59,749 bases of DNA, from positions 1 through 59,749 of the forward strand of contig CAZAKB010000002.1 of assembly GCA_964485475.1 (NCBI GenBank), read 5' to 3'. The notes below the pieces were generated by a model. That model was not told the origin of the DNA. It did not search any database and saw only the letters and a list, made by a program, of their open reading frames with translations. Below are positions 9,006 through 19,377 of the stretch, piece by piece. Numbering within the stretch: position 1 is the stretch's first letter; every line of letters starts with the position of its first letter. A program made the position numbers and the translations under genes. This stretch comes from an uncultured bacterium (GTDB taxonomy: Bacteria; Fidelibacterota; UBA2242).

Positions 9006-10127
9006 TTATTTCGACTTATAGATATTGTTTAAAGCAATTTTTGCCAGGCGCTCACCGACTTCCAGTTTATTTTTTGGATGAATATCGTTCCAGTCGCCGA
9101 TATCTTCGGTCTTTGCCATGCCGGTATTGGAAATTTCGAGTGCTTTCTTTTGCGCTTCCCATAATTTTTCCAATTCGCCCTCAGTATAATCTTGATAGGG
9201 CGCAATTTGTACAAAATAAAATGGAAAATCCCCTTGTTTCCAGACTTCCCTCCAACCATCAATCAGCGCCTTCATTTTATAATAATATTGCATTCCATCG
9301 CCAACATTTGACTCACCCTGATACCACAAAACGCCGCGAAACGAAAATGTGCCAAGTGGCGCAACCATCGCGTTATATATTCTGGATGGTCGGTACGGTT
9401 CACCCCAGACACCTCCGGAATTTACTTGAAATCGATTTTGATATAAATCCAAAACTTCCTCAACCATAAGATACCCTTCAGGTGCAATCCACGGTTCAAT
9501 ATGAGTTGCGCCCCAGGAAATGTCAATCAGTCCAACCGGAACCCTCAGTTCTTCATGGATACGCCGTCCAAAGAAATAGGCCAACGCCGAAAATCCTTCC
9601 CAATCACCTTCGGAAACAGATTCGGGTGTACAGATTTTCCATTTTCCTTTTACGCCAGATAGAAGAGTATCTCTTTCGGCTTTCCTTACATCGAAAAGTC
9701 TTATCCCGGGATAATTAGCTTGACGGATTTCTTCTGCGGCGTTTGAAATGATTTTCATTCCCATTTCCATATTGGATTGGCCGGAACAGATCCATACCTC
9801 GCCACAAAAAACATCCTGAATAAGAATTTCATTTTGACCTTTTATAGATACTTGATAAGGTCCACCCGTAATCGGCGATGGTATTGATAATCGCCAATTA
9901 CCCTCCGGGTCAGCGCTTATCTTATAATCAGTTTTTAACCAGCTGCATTTAACAGCAATATGTTCATTTGGCGCAGCCCAGCCCCATATTTGAAAAGGAA
10001 TATTTTGCTGGATTACCATATTATCGGAAAATACAGTTGGCAACCGCACAATCGCCGCCAATTGTATAGGAAAAACGATTAACATAAAAAGAAGCATAAC
10101 TGATTCGCTAAAAAAACAAATTTTCAC
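9006..10127 (-). CDS. Exported SGNH-type carbohydrate/sialate O-acetylesterase-like protein (DUF303/SASA family)
   Basis: 373 aa with an N-terminal hydrophobic leader and the catalytic-block motif CSGQSNME. Confidence 0.75.
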   Translation of the reverse strand: MKICFFSESVMLLFMLIVFPIQLAAIVRLPTVFSDNMVIQQNIPFQIWGWAAPNEHIAVKCSWLKTDYKISADPEGNWRLSIPSPITGGPYQVSIKGQNEILIQDVFCGEVWICSGQSNMEMGMKIISNAAEEIRQANYPGIRLFDVRKAERDTLLSGVKGKWKICTPESVSEGDWEGFSALAYFFGRRIHEELRVPVGLIDISWGATHIEPWIAPEGYLMVEEVLDLYQNRFQVNSGGVWGEPYRPSRIYNAMVAPLGTFSFRGVLWYQGESNVGDGMQYYYKMKALIDGWREVWKQGDFPFYFVQIAPYQDYTEGELEKLWEAQKKALEISNTGMAKTEDIGDWNDIHPKNKLEVGERLAKIALNNIYKSK

Positions 10128-10350
10128 AGATATTCCTTCCGGTAAAGTTCACATTTGTTAATAAGAATCTGCATATCATGAAGGAAATTTATAACAAAAT
10201 TCAGAAAATGAAATGAATATTCAATAACGAACATGAATAGTCTAATAAAGTTGGCTAGTAAGAATAACATATTTAATAGAAATGATTTTATTTAAATTTC
10301 ACCGCTTATTTAATATTATCATGTTTTTAAATAGATAAACCAAAATATTC

Positions 10351-11049
10351 ATGAATGACTTTCAAAAAAAATTGCATTGTTTTTTATTAATAGGCCAATC
10401 CAATATGGCCGGACGAGGAGAACAGTCAGAGGTCGATCCAATTTGTGATGACCGTATATTTATGTTCAGAGATAGGTATTGGCAAGTAGCAGTTGAGCCG
10501 CTTCATCAGGATCGCCCGGAGGCTGGAATTGGCCTGGCGATGGGTTTTGCATCGACATTGTTAAAACACCTCCCCGATATTTCAGTTGGCCTGATTCCCT
10601 GTGCTGTCGGAGCTACGTCAATATCCGAATGGATACCTGGCGCGCTATTATATCAGCGTGCAATTGATTCAGTACGAATAGCGTCATGTTCACTTCACGG
10701 AATCCTTTGGCATCAGGGCGAATACGACGCAAATATTCAAGAACGAGTTGACCAATACGCAAAACATCTGACTTTTTTGATCGAGTCCATTCGCTTCGAT
10801 TTAAATTCACCACAATTGCCATTTATTGCCGGAGAACTTGGATCATTTATTAATGCCGAAAGCGGATTTCCATTCGGCAGAAAAATTTCCAGAATTATTA
10901 AATCACTGGAAAAAAGCATTCCAAATTTTGCCTGTGTATCTGCTGATAATTTAACCGATAAAGGTGATAGTCTGCATTTCAATTCCAGTGCACTGCGGAA
11001 ATTTGGAAAGCGATATGCAACAGAACTATTACGATTAGAGAACAAATAG
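10351..11049 (+). CDS. Cytoplasmic SGNH-type O-acetylesterase-like protein (DUF303/SASA family)
   Basis: 232 aa. LLIGQSNMAGRG motif near the N-terminus and no leader peptide. Confidence 0.7.
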   Translation: MNDFQKKLHCFLLIGQSNMAGRGEQSEVDPICDDRIFMFRDRYWQVAVEPLHQDRPEAGIGLAMGFASTLLKHLPDISVGLIPCAVGATSISEWIPGALLYQRAIDSVRIASCSLHGILWHQGEYDANIQERVDQYAKHLTFLIESIRFDLNSPQLPFIAGELGSFINAESGFPFGRKISRIIKSLEKSIPNFACVSADNLTDKGDSLHFNSSALRKFGKRYATELLRLENK

Positions 11050-11057
11050 GATTTCCG

Positions 11058-12758
11058 GTGCAGAAAATCAAGGAACTACTCATCCAATTGTACGGCCCAG
11101 ATAACAGCGAGTCCTTGTTAAGTAAGATTATTGAACTCATCGATAATTATCACTGGGAATTAAAATCACCATCAGTTTTTACCGAGAACGATATTGCCTT
11201 AATCTGTTACGGAGACAGTTTTCAATCGGCAGACTGTCGCCCGCTGCAGGCATTACACTATTTCCTGAAAACCCAACTTCAGCAAACCATATCCATTGTT
11301 CATCTTCTTCCTTTTTTTCCATATTCCTCAGATGATGGATTTTCAGTAATTGACTATCGACTCGTTAATCCTAAATTGGGAAATTGGAATGATATCGAAG
11401 ACCTTGGCCGTTCATATAATTTGATTATTGATGCGGTAATTAATCATTTATCCTCAAAAAGTATCTGGTTTCAGGAATTCTTGAAGGACAATCCAGATTA
11501 TGACGATTTTTTCATCGAAACCGATCCAGATATCAATCTTTCAGCAATCATTCGGGCGCGGGAACATCCTCTGCTGACAACCTTCAATCGAAAAGAAAAA
11601 AATGTTCATCTTTGGACGACTTTCAGCGCTGATCAAATCGATCTTAATTTTCAAAATCCGGCTGTTTTGTTAAAAATACTAGACGTTCTACTATTCTATG
11701 CATCCAAATCTGCCCGAATACTTCGCCTCGATGCCATTGGGCATTGTTGGAAAAAATTGGGGACTAGTTGCCTGAATTTACCTGAAGTCCACCTTCTGGT
11801 ACGGTTGTTTCGTAGTGTGTTAAATTCTGTTTATCCAAATGTAGAATTACTCACTGAAACCAATGTGCCCCATGCCGAAAACATTCAATACTTTGGAAAT
11901 GGAGAAAATGAAGCACAACTGGTATATCAGTTTTCCCTTCCGGGACTGTTAATTCACAGTTTTCTGAAAGGCAATGGTACGAAATTAACAAAATGGGCTG
12001 AATCCCTCGCACTGGATTCAGAAAGTTGTACCTACTTCAATCTTCTGGCATCTCATGACGGTATTGGCATTCGCCCACTTTTAGGTATTCTGGATGATTC
12101 TGAAATCGAAAACCTCGTTCAAACAACATTGGACAGAGGCGGATTTGTTTCCTGTAAAAATTCCGTCAATAAACAAAAAGATGCCTATGAACTTAATATT
12201 ACATTATTTGATATTCTTTCAAATCCAGAACAGTCGGAAGATTTGAATATCCGAAAATTCATTACTGCACATGCCGTTTTACTAAGCATGCAGGGCATTC
12301 CTGCAATTTACTATCACTCCCTATTCGCCAGTTCCGGCGATCATGGTGGCGTCACGGCCTCCGGGCAAAATCGCTCGATTAATCGTAAAAAACTACAGAT
12401 CAAAAAACTTAACCGGCAATTGTCCGAACCACAATGCCGGGCAGCAAAAATACTTACCGAGATGAAGCACCTGATCGGGATTCGAAAACAATATCCGGCT
12501 TTTAATCCATATTCACCTCAGAAAATCCACACTCTGTCCAATCAATTATTCTGTATTGAGCGCTCATCCATTGATAAAAGCGAAAAGGTCTTGGCTATAC
12601 ATAATATGTCTGATGAATTGGTCGAAATTTCCATTCCTGAAATAGTGAATAGTAATTTATTAATTATTGCGAAAGACATTATTACTAATAACCCTGTGAA
12701 TATACAAGATCCGCTCTTCATCCCGCCTTATGGATTTGTTTGGATAAAAACAGCCTAG
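11058..12758 (+). CDS. GH13 subfamily 18 phosphorylase (sucrose / glucosylglycerate phosphorylase-like)
   Basis: 566 aa with a GTG start. Blocks LLPFFPYSSDDGFSVIDY, IIDAVINHLS, RLDAIGHCWK and LASHDGIG align by eye with Bifidobacterium sucrose phosphorylase. Confidence 0.85.
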   Translation: MQKIKELLIQLYGPDNSESLLSKIIELIDNYHWELKSPSVFTENDIALICYGDSFQSADCRPLQALHYFLKTQLQQTISIVHLLPFFPYSSDDGFSVIDYRLVNPKLGNWNDIEDLGRSYNLIIDAVINHLSSKSIWFQEFLKDNPDYDDFFIETDPDINLSAIIRAREHPLLTTFNRKEKNVHLWTTFSADQIDLNFQNPAVLLKILDVLLFYASKSARILRLDAIGHCWKKLGTSCLNLPEVHLLVRLFRSVLNSVYPNVELLTETNVPHAENIQYFGNGENEAQLVYQFSLPGLLIHSFLKGNGTKLTKWAESLALDSESCTYFNLLASHDGIGIRPLLGILDDSEIENLVQTTLDRGGFVSCKNSVNKQKDAYELNITLFDILSNPEQSEDLNIRKFITAHAVLLSMQGIPAIYYHSLFASSGDHGGVTASGQNRSINRKKLQIKKLNRQLSEPQCRAAKILTEMKHLIGIRKQYPAFNPYSPQKIHTLSNQLFCIERSSIDKSEKVLAIHNMSDELVEISIPEIVNSNLLIIAKDIITNNPVNIQDPLFIPPYGFVWIKTA

Positions 12759-12804
12759 CGATTCAAAATCCTGGACTATTACAGATAATTATTCAGCGGA
12801 TTTT

Positions 12805-15555
12805 CTAGCGAAACCGAACCCGCATTGTTACAATTTTCCGCGGTCCGGCTTCAATCACAATTCGGTTTCCCTGCATACGCGGCTGCTTCCCTGGCAAGTT
12901 ATCTTCCGATAATTTACAATACCCGGCCTCATGAATCGATTTATTAAACTGAACCGTCTCCGTCTGAGATTGATTTGTTGGATTCCAGAATCGTAGAATC
13001 AAGCCGTTTCCATCTTCGGCATTTTTGAGGGCTGAAAGGATCAGATTTTGATCCAGTTGTTCAATAAATGATTGTGGTATATTTTGATCACCAGCCAATT
13101 TCGGATACCCCGATGAAATTTTTCCCGATTGCCGGGTCAAAATACCAGATTGCAGTTCATTAGCGGTTTGTATAGCTTGCACTTTATCCAAATCTCCCGA
13201 AAAGGTCATCAATGCGTATCGTAGATGGATTTCTCCCTTTTCAAGGCCATCAGGTTCCCCGGCTGTTGTAAAGGTTCGGCGAAAAGACCGCAGCAGGGTT
13301 ATCTGCATGGAGCGCCGCTGATCGTCCCGTACTCCGCCTTCATGTAATCCGCCAGCGCTCAAAAATGCCAGACCGCGGTTTCCATACCCGACAGATTGTA
13401 GGTGCAGGAAAGGCTTCTCCGCCAATTCCGCCTCCTGCCAACGGGCAGTCTCGCCGGCCAACTTGATTTTCCGTTTTACAAAATCAAAAGGATGATGAGC
13501 CAGATAACTGGTTGCTGCAGGAATGTCAGTCGGCAATAGTAATCGTAAACAGTGGTCCTCCGCCTGATTATACACAACGGTTTTTATGTCCACGATTTTG
13601 GCGTTTTTTCGAAGCGTGATATAATTGGTAACAGGCAGGTCAACCCGTGCATCCGACCGTTTTTCATGCAGCCAGTCGTACTGAAACGGAATATTCATCG
13701 TAGTCACAACTTTGAATGTTACCTGTTCAGGACCATCATGTAAAATAGAAATCCCGGCATGTGAAGCCATGGAAATAATTCCTTCATCACTAGCCGTTGA
13801 TGCGTGAAACCAACCGCTGCCGATTTCACTGATATCCTCAAAAGTCAATAAATCCCGGTAGGTTTCGCCGCTGGTCTTATCAAATAATGTCAATGTCCCG
13901 TTTGATTCGATGGTAATCGTCAGCCAGGCATTTTCGGCACTATTCGGACCAGATCGCAAACTGCCCATCAACCGATAGGGAGTCGGACAGGGTTTAATCA
14001 GTAATGATGTAAATCCGAAGGCCGGTAATTCAATTTCTGCGGCAATGTGATAACGGGTAAATTCACCATCCCCAATCTGATTGTCCACCTGCGCAAATAT
14101 TGTTCTCTCCTGGGTTCGGGGAATTACAGATAACCGCTGATATGGAATTTCAGTACCGTCGGCATTATGTAAAGTAAATGATTTAATGTTCTGCGAACCC
14201 ACGAATCCTTCAGTAAAGACCGTTGGAAAATCCAATGGTAGATCAACATTAAATTCCACGACTTCTTTGCGTTTCCGGGGAAGCGGGTTGGCAATCACAA
14301 TGGTAAATTCGTAATCCGCTTGGCCGAGTTCCCTACAATTTGCCGTCAGGTAGCCAAAAGCCTTGTTCCGCAATTGCCGCCCCAGCACACGGCATTGGTC
14401 GTAGCGAAACATCATATCCCGGTGAACCTGGTCAATTGAACAGCCACAGATACTGTCATGGGCATGGTTTTGCAGCAGGTTTTTCCATGCGAGCCGCAAG
14501 TAATTTTCAGACAGATTCGCACCATCAGCATTCGCAATCGCCATCCAGGGTTCCACCCAGCGTTCCAGCAAATTCTGGCATTCATCGTTTGCCTGTTTCG
14601 TCCGAACCCGCGCCGAAACACAATTCGGAATCAGCCATAAGTACGGGTTTTTGTTTTTTGATGGTTTACGTAATTCGCCCTTTTTGCTTGGCATCTCCCG
14701 AGCGGTTTTTTCGGCTTCTTTAAAAAACTCCGGCAAGGTTGAATGTTTTGCATTCACATTTGACATAATATCATGTATCATTTTCACATATGCCGGTGCG
14801 TCCTTTGCCGGTTTTTTATGATCCAGAGAATCAATCAAACACAATACAGAGCCATTGGTCCGGGAGATTTCGTGTTCAATATACTCTTTTAGGCTCTTCT
14901 TGGCTTCCTGTATTGCGTGGTCACGGTCAGCAATAAAATCGGTTTCCAAAAATCCGCGCGCTTTCATGAAAGCACCATAACCCATGTGATCTTGCAGCTT
15001 GAATACAAATACACTACTTTCATCCGGTGCTTGCCAGTTGAAGAATGCCGGGGTCGTATGCTCATTCGTCCCGCGTCCCAGGACACAGTGTTTGAGATCA
15101 AAACCGGCATATATTTGTGGCATTTGAGATGGATGCCCGAACATATCACAGGTATAAGCAACCGGCATGGGTTCCACTCCCCACTCTTTGCTGATTCGTT
15201 TACCATACAAAAAATTACGAACCAGGGATTCCTCATCCGGGCAAAAAAGGTCCGGCATCGTAAACCATGGCCCTATTAAAATGCGACCGTCCTGTATCAA
15301 TTTTCTGAGCCGTTTTTCATTTTCCGGACGTATCTCTATGTAATCCTCGAGGATGCACGTCTGACCATCCAGGTGAAAATAATCAAAACCGTTGTCCCTT
15401 TCCATCAAATCGAGCAGATCATCAATTAATTCCACCAGCAGCAGTCTGAATTCCTGAAATGGCCGGTACCATTCCCGGTCCCAGTGGGTTCCGGAGATAT
15501 AATAAGCTGTATAATTTAAGTCTTTTGTCATGGGATAATTGCTTCCTTTCAACAC
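12805..15555 (-). CDS. GH38 alpha-mannosidase (paralog 2), no signal peptide
   Basis: 916 aa with YYISGTHWDREWYRPFQEF and NHAHDSICG motifs. An alternative start is at M9 (15531). Confidence 0.9.
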   Translation of the reverse strand: MLKGSNYPMTKDLNYTAYYISGTHWDREWYRPFQEFRLLLVELIDDLLDLMERDNGFDYFHLDGQTCILEDYIEIRPENEKRLRKLIQDGRILIGPWFTMPDLFCPDEESLVRNFLYGKRISKEWGVEPMPVAYTCDMFGHPSQMPQIYAGFDLKHCVLGRGTNEHTTPAFFNWQAPDESSVFVFKLQDHMGYGAFMKARGFLETDFIADRDHAIQEAKKSLKEYIEHEISRTNGSVLCLIDSLDHKKPAKDAPAYVKMIHDIMSNVNAKHSTLPEFFKEAEKTAREMPSKKGELRKPSKNKNPYLWLIPNCVSARVRTKQANDECQNLLERWVEPWMAIANADGANLSENYLRLAWKNLLQNHAHDSICGCSIDQVHRDMMFRYDQCRVLGRQLRNKAFGYLTANCRELGQADYEFTIVIANPLPRKRKEVVEFNVDLPLDFPTVFTEGFVGSQNIKSFTLHNADGTEIPYQRLSVIPRTQERTIFAQVDNQIGDGEFTRYHIAAEIELPAFGFTSLLIKPCPTPYRLMGSLRSGPNSAENAWLTITIESNGTLTLFDKTSGETYRDLLTFEDISEIGSGWFHASTASDEGIISMASHAGISILHDGPEQVTFKVVTTMNIPFQYDWLHEKRSDARVDLPVTNYITLRKNAKIVDIKTVVYNQAEDHCLRLLLPTDIPAATSYLAHHPFDFVKRKIKLAGETARWQEAELAEKPFLHLQSVGYGNRGLAFLSAGGLHEGGVRDDQRRSMQITLLRSFRRTFTTAGEPDGLEKGEIHLRYALMTFSGDLDKVQAIQTANELQSGILTRQSGKISSGYPKLAGDQNIPQSFIEQLDQNLILSALKNAEDGNGLILRFWNPTNQSQTETVQFNKSIHEAGYCKLSEDNLPGKQPRMQGNRIVIEAGPRKIVTMRVRFR

Positions 15556-15611
15556 TTTGATAACACGCTTTATTCCGTTAATTTCCTGTTGTTAGAACAG
15601 GAGTTATTTTA

Positions 15612-16481
15612 ATGGAAAAGAGATATTTCGATCTGGAAAAACCGAATACCTTGCTTAACTACCGGTGGATTCAGCCACCACAAATTGCCTATTTTATAAC
15701 CACTATCGATGAACTCGGTAATCATAATGTCACCCCAGTAACGTTGGGAACCTGCATCGGCGCCAGTTTCCCCCGGGGTAATCGTCCCGGCGAATACTAT
15801 TTCAGCTTTTCACTCAGTTGCGTTAACCTGCCCGATGAAGGCAATACCCTTGAAATCCGTCATGGATTGTACAATCTCGAAAAAATACCAGAATGCGTTA
15901 TCAGTTTCATTCCGGCAGCGCTGATGCGCCAGAGTACTCTAACCGGATTGCCAATTCCCCGTGGAATTAATGAAATGGACATTGCCGGCCTGACACCACT
16001 ACACTCAAAAAAAGTACGTCCCAGTGGTATTGCCGAATGCCCAATCAACCTGGAAGCATCTGTTTTTCAAAAAATCCAATTGGGACATAATTATATCCAT
16101 TACCTGTGTAAAATTGTCGCTGTCAGCGTTGATAATGAACTTATCGCACAAGATCAACTTGGATTTGGCTCACTGGAAATTGATCCGCTGTTTGAAGCCA
16201 ATATTCAACAGAATAATCAGGGTCAGTCCAGGCTTTACTATGGGCAAATGGATGTCAATAAAATTACACGTACTGCCGAAAATGTCGGTTGTTTGAAGGA
16301 CTGGATCGGCAGCTTCGAACAGTGGATTCAGGACGAGGAGGTCCGCGGCAAAATCACTGAATCCGATCGTCTGGAAATCCTGGAATTGAATCGCCATTGG
16401 CAAGCCAATCGCGATCCGGTTACAAACAACAAAATAAAACGTCAGTTAACGAAGTGGCTTCAAAAAATCGTTACTAAATAA
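15612..16481 (+). CDS. Flavin reductase-like (FMN-binding split-barrel) domain protein with C-terminal helical extension
   Basis: 289 aa. The pattern PPQIAYFITTIDELGNHNVTPVT ... DIAGLTPLHSKKVRPSGIAECPINLEASV resembles the flavin reductase-like domain. An AGGAG Shine-Dalgarno sequence lies 8 nt upstream. Confidence 0.55.
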   Translation: MEKRYFDLEKPNTLLNYRWIQPPQIAYFITTIDELGNHNVTPVTLGTCIGASFPRGNRPGEYYFSFSLSCVNLPDEGNTLEIRHGLYNLEKIPECVISFIPAALMRQSTLTGLPIPRGINEMDIAGLTPLHSKKVRPSGIAECPINLEASVFQKIQLGHNYIHYLCKIVAVSVDNELIAQDQLGFGSLEIDPLFEANIQQNNQGQSRLYYGQMDVNKITRTAENVGCLKDWIGSFEQWIQDEEVRGKITESDRLEILELNRHWQANRDPVTNNKIKRQLTKWLQKIVTK

Positions 16482-16528
16482 TTCTCTTTTCCTTTTTCAA
16501 ATAACAATACTGGTCACGAATTAATTCT

Positions 16529-17770
16529 TTATGGATTCACAGCCTTAAACAGGGCAACAATGTTTTCCGGGCGAATATCCGCCATTATATTATGCACCTG
16601 CTGAAACACAAAACCGCTACCCTGCTTCATAATCTCGACCTGCTTTCGTACATGTGTTGCAACCTCATCAGGAGATTGATGAGGCAGAATATCGCGTGTA
16701 TCACAGCCACCACCCCAGAAACAAATACGGTCACCGAATTTATCCTTCAGATGCTGCGGATTCATGCCATTGCAGGATATCTGGACCGGATTCACCGCTT
16801 CCAGACCCACATCAATCAAATCATCCAGCAGCGGTTCGATCCCGCCACAGGAGTGTAGCATTATTTTCACGTCAGCAAGTTCTTTCGTTCGTTTCCATAA
16901 TTTCTGTTGATAGGGTTTATAATACTGACGAAACATGGCGTTTGACATGAATGGACCAGCCTGTGTTCCAAAATCATCTCCAAAAAGGATTACATCAATA
17001 TAGGGACCAACTGCGGTGAGCCATTTTTCCAGATTTCGCAAATGTAATTCAAAAAGTTTCTCCGAGAGTCGAACAACCGCCTCCGAATATAGTCCCATAT
17101 ACATAAAATAATTATCCATCCGAAACAGATACTGGGGAATCTCAAACATATTTCCGCCAAACAGACCAATGATCGCCCGATCGGTTGATTCCCTCAATTT
17201 TTTAGCACCAGCTGTCAGTTTTTGAAGTCCCTGTTCGTCTAATTTCAAATGACTTCCGGGAGCTGCAACACCTGTCCACATGGAATAGGCAAATTGTTCG
17301 GCCAGATCATCGAAATTATCGGTTTGAAAGTCTCTTCCCTCCATGGGAAAATGAATGTGTTCCATAAATGGCGAACCTTTTTTCTGGACCGCCAAATCCC
17401 GACCATCATTTGCCAGCAAATACCAATCTCCAAAACGCTCCTCAATATTGATATATTCCGGAATCTTACAAGGAGTGCCATCGGGCAGTACCCATTCCTT
17501 CCAATCCTCATCATCCAGTAAAAATCCCCGCCCCATTTCAATTGTATCGACACCGAAAAGATCAAGAATTTCAGGTTCAATAATCGCCAGTTGCTGGGGA
17601 ATATCGTAAACGTAAATATCCCCTGAAGAAATACCTAAATATCGCTTCAGACGAGCATATGACATCGCCATAATTCCCGATGAGCGATGTCCTCCAAAAT
17701 CAATCGGTATTCGGTCAACCGGTTCATGATTTATTGCAGCAATTATTCTTTCATGTGAATTCATAAGCAC
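16529..17770 (-). CDS. URO-D/MtaA-like (beta/alpha)8 protein, paralog A (H-S-C-G motif)
   Basis: 413 aa. N-terminal ERIIAAINHEPVDRIPIDFG and IMLHSCGGIEPLLDDLIDVGLEAVNPVQ are typical of the uroporphyrinogen decarboxylase / methylcobamide methyltransferase superfamily. Confidence 0.8.
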   Translation of the reverse strand: MLMNSHERIIAAINHEPVDRIPIDFGGHRSSGIMAMSYARLKRYLGISSGDIYVYDIPQQLAIIEPEILDLFGVDTIEMGRGFLLDDEDWKEWVLPDGTPCKIPEYINIEERFGDWYLLANDGRDLAVQKKGSPFMEHIHFPMEGRDFQTDNFDDLAEQFAYSMWTGVAAPGSHLKLDEQGLQKLTAGAKKLRESTDRAIIGLFGGNMFEIPQYLFRMDNYFMYMGLYSEAVVRLSEKLFELHLRNLEKWLTAVGPYIDVILFGDDFGTQAGPFMSNAMFRQYYKPYQQKLWKRTKELADVKIMLHSCGGIEPLLDDLIDVGLEAVNPVQISCNGMNPQHLKDKFGDRICFWGGGCDTRDILPHQSPDEVATHVRKQVEIMKQGSGFVFQQVHNIMADIRPENIVALFKAVNP

Positions 17771-17773
17771 TCT

Positions 17774-18814
17774 TCAATTTTCAACTATTTCGAATATGAG
17801 ATGATAATTCCGGGACTCGCCCGCTTCCAGATATTGCAGCGTTCCCCATTTCCGTTCAGCCACGCGTCCTTCCACATGACAGTTTGACGGTTCAATCCCC
17901 AAAACATGGATTCCTTCCCCGGGCATTTTCCACTGTACTAATCGTGGTAAGGTTCTTGTGTCCCAGGAAAGCCTGACCGTGATCGATTTTTCCAATTTTC
18001 CGATCGGAAATTCCGGTTGGTGAATGGTTGCAACCGCCCAATTATTTTCAGATATCAAATCTTCATGATAATAGACCTTTTCCGAAATATCTTTTTCCGG
18101 TTTTTGCCACAGATTATTGCCCTTAGTTTGAACGCCTTGATCTCTTGCTATTACTTTTTTTGAAGGCCAGTGAATCTGCGTTTTGTCTGTTAACAACGGA
18201 AACCCAAAATTGAAGTGGTACAGCAGCATGTGCGGCGTTTTTCTGAATCCCTCGTTCCGGACAACATCATCGATCTGGATTCGGTTTTCACCAAGTTTAC
18301 TTTGGATTGTGCGCGTCAGTGTAATGTTTTCTCCAAAAATCCGACTCTGCCGGATTTGGCCTTTGAGGATCATCAAATAATCATCCCCATGCCATTCACC
18401 TTCACATTGCATCATGGTCGCCGGCAGTTGATGAGCATCACCATGCAGCATCAATTTTTCATTGCCATCCAGACAGGGAGAACCAACCTGGCTCAAACCG
18501 CAGGTCATCAATAATCCCCCGACAGCCGTCTTGAGCCAATCTATTTCCCCGGCTTTCCAGAACGAAGGATGAATTTCTCCGTTACATGATTGCCAGCTTA
18601 ACGGTGTTCCGCAAAATTCAGCCAATGAAATATCCATTCCCCGTGTACTATTCACACAGTAGGATAATCCGGCACCGGTACGAACCTGAATTTGTTCGAC
18701 GTTTTTGACACTACTCCCTTGAAGAATATATCGTTTCATACCACCGATCTGATCGATCTGCCCGATATGCCGTTCAATTTCACGGCGTGTCCATGTTTTC
18801 CCGTAGAGTTTCAT
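17774..18814 (-). CDS. Aldose 1-epimerase-like (galactose mutarotase fold, DUF4432-type) protein
   Basis: 346 aa. The N-terminal WTRREIERHIGQIDQIGGMKRY and the overall beta-rich pattern resemble DUF4432 proteins. Called from memory. Confidence 0.55.
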   Translation of the reverse strand: MKLYGKTWTRREIERHIGQIDQIGGMKRYILQGSSVKNVEQIQVRTGAGLSYCVNSTRGMDISLAEFCGTPLSWQSCNGEIHPSFWKAGEIDWLKTAVGGLLMTCGLSQVGSPCLDGNEKLMLHGDAHQLPATMMQCEGEWHGDDYLMILKGQIRQSRIFGENITLTRTIQSKLGENRIQIDDVVRNEGFRKTPHMLLYHFNFGFPLLTDKTQIHWPSKKVIARDQGVQTKGNNLWQKPEKDISEKVYYHEDLISENNWAVATIHQPEFPIGKLEKSITVRLSWDTRTLPRLVQWKMPGEGIHVLGIEPSNCHVEGRVAERKWGTLQYLEAGESRNYHLIFEIVEN

Positions 18815-18818
18815 TTTG

Positions 18819-19352
18819 TTATCCTACCCGTTTGATATTCGGATCGGTGAAGATATCACTTTCATCATGGCTGGCGCTGGAAAATTCCGATACTATCGCT
18901 CCATCGGGACCGCCTTGAAACCAGTGCAATGTATCACTGGGTATCGTGAACTGATCACCGGGATTCAGTTCGATTTCATGAAAAACAGTATAGTAATTTT
19001 CGCTGCCTCCGGGAATGGTTGCCTGAATTGATTGGGTTGGTTCACCCGATATATAAAGAAATGCTTTACCCCAGCGGCATCGAAAAGTTTCCATTTTTCC
19101 CTGAATAACCTCTCTGTCCGGATGCCGATGTTCCGGACAGGTCTGATTGGGAAACAAAACCAGTTCTTTTGCGCAATACCGCGCATTATTTTCATACACA
19201 ATGATTTCCAGTCCCAGGGATTTCAGGTTGTTCAGCCCAAAATCCGCAATTTCCATGTTCGCGAATTCGTTTTTAGCTATCGCTATCCCGGCTTTCCGTA
19301 ACATTGCCGCGGCTCTGTTTTTGGCCATTTCGATACTACTATAATCCAACAT
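18819..19352 (-). CDS. D-lyxose/D-mannose ketol-isomerase (cupin, YdaE-like)
   Basis: 177 aa. RYCAKELVLFPNQTCPEHRHP, ETFRCRWGKAFLY, TLHWFQGGPDGAIVSEFSSASHDESDIFTDP match the Lyx_isomer family. Confidence 0.85.
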   Translation of the reverse strand: MLDYSSIEMAKNRAAAMLRKAGIAIAKNEFANMEIADFGLNNLKSLGLEIIVYENNARYCAKELVLFPNQTCPEHRHPDREVIQGKMETFRCRWGKAFLYISGEPTQSIQATIPGGSENYYTVFHEIELNPGDQFTIPSDTLHWFQGGPDGAIVSEFSSASHDESDIFTDPNIKRVG

Positions 19353-19377
19353 AACGTCTTCGTCCCTTCAGAGAATC

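Noticed and set aside
15585-15601. Inverted repeat CCTGTT-GTTAG-AACAGG whose right arm overlaps the AGGAG ribosome-binding site of gene 15612
   Set aside because: The stem is only 6 bp, occurs once, and has no second copy or conserved context. That is too weak to call an operator or translational switch.
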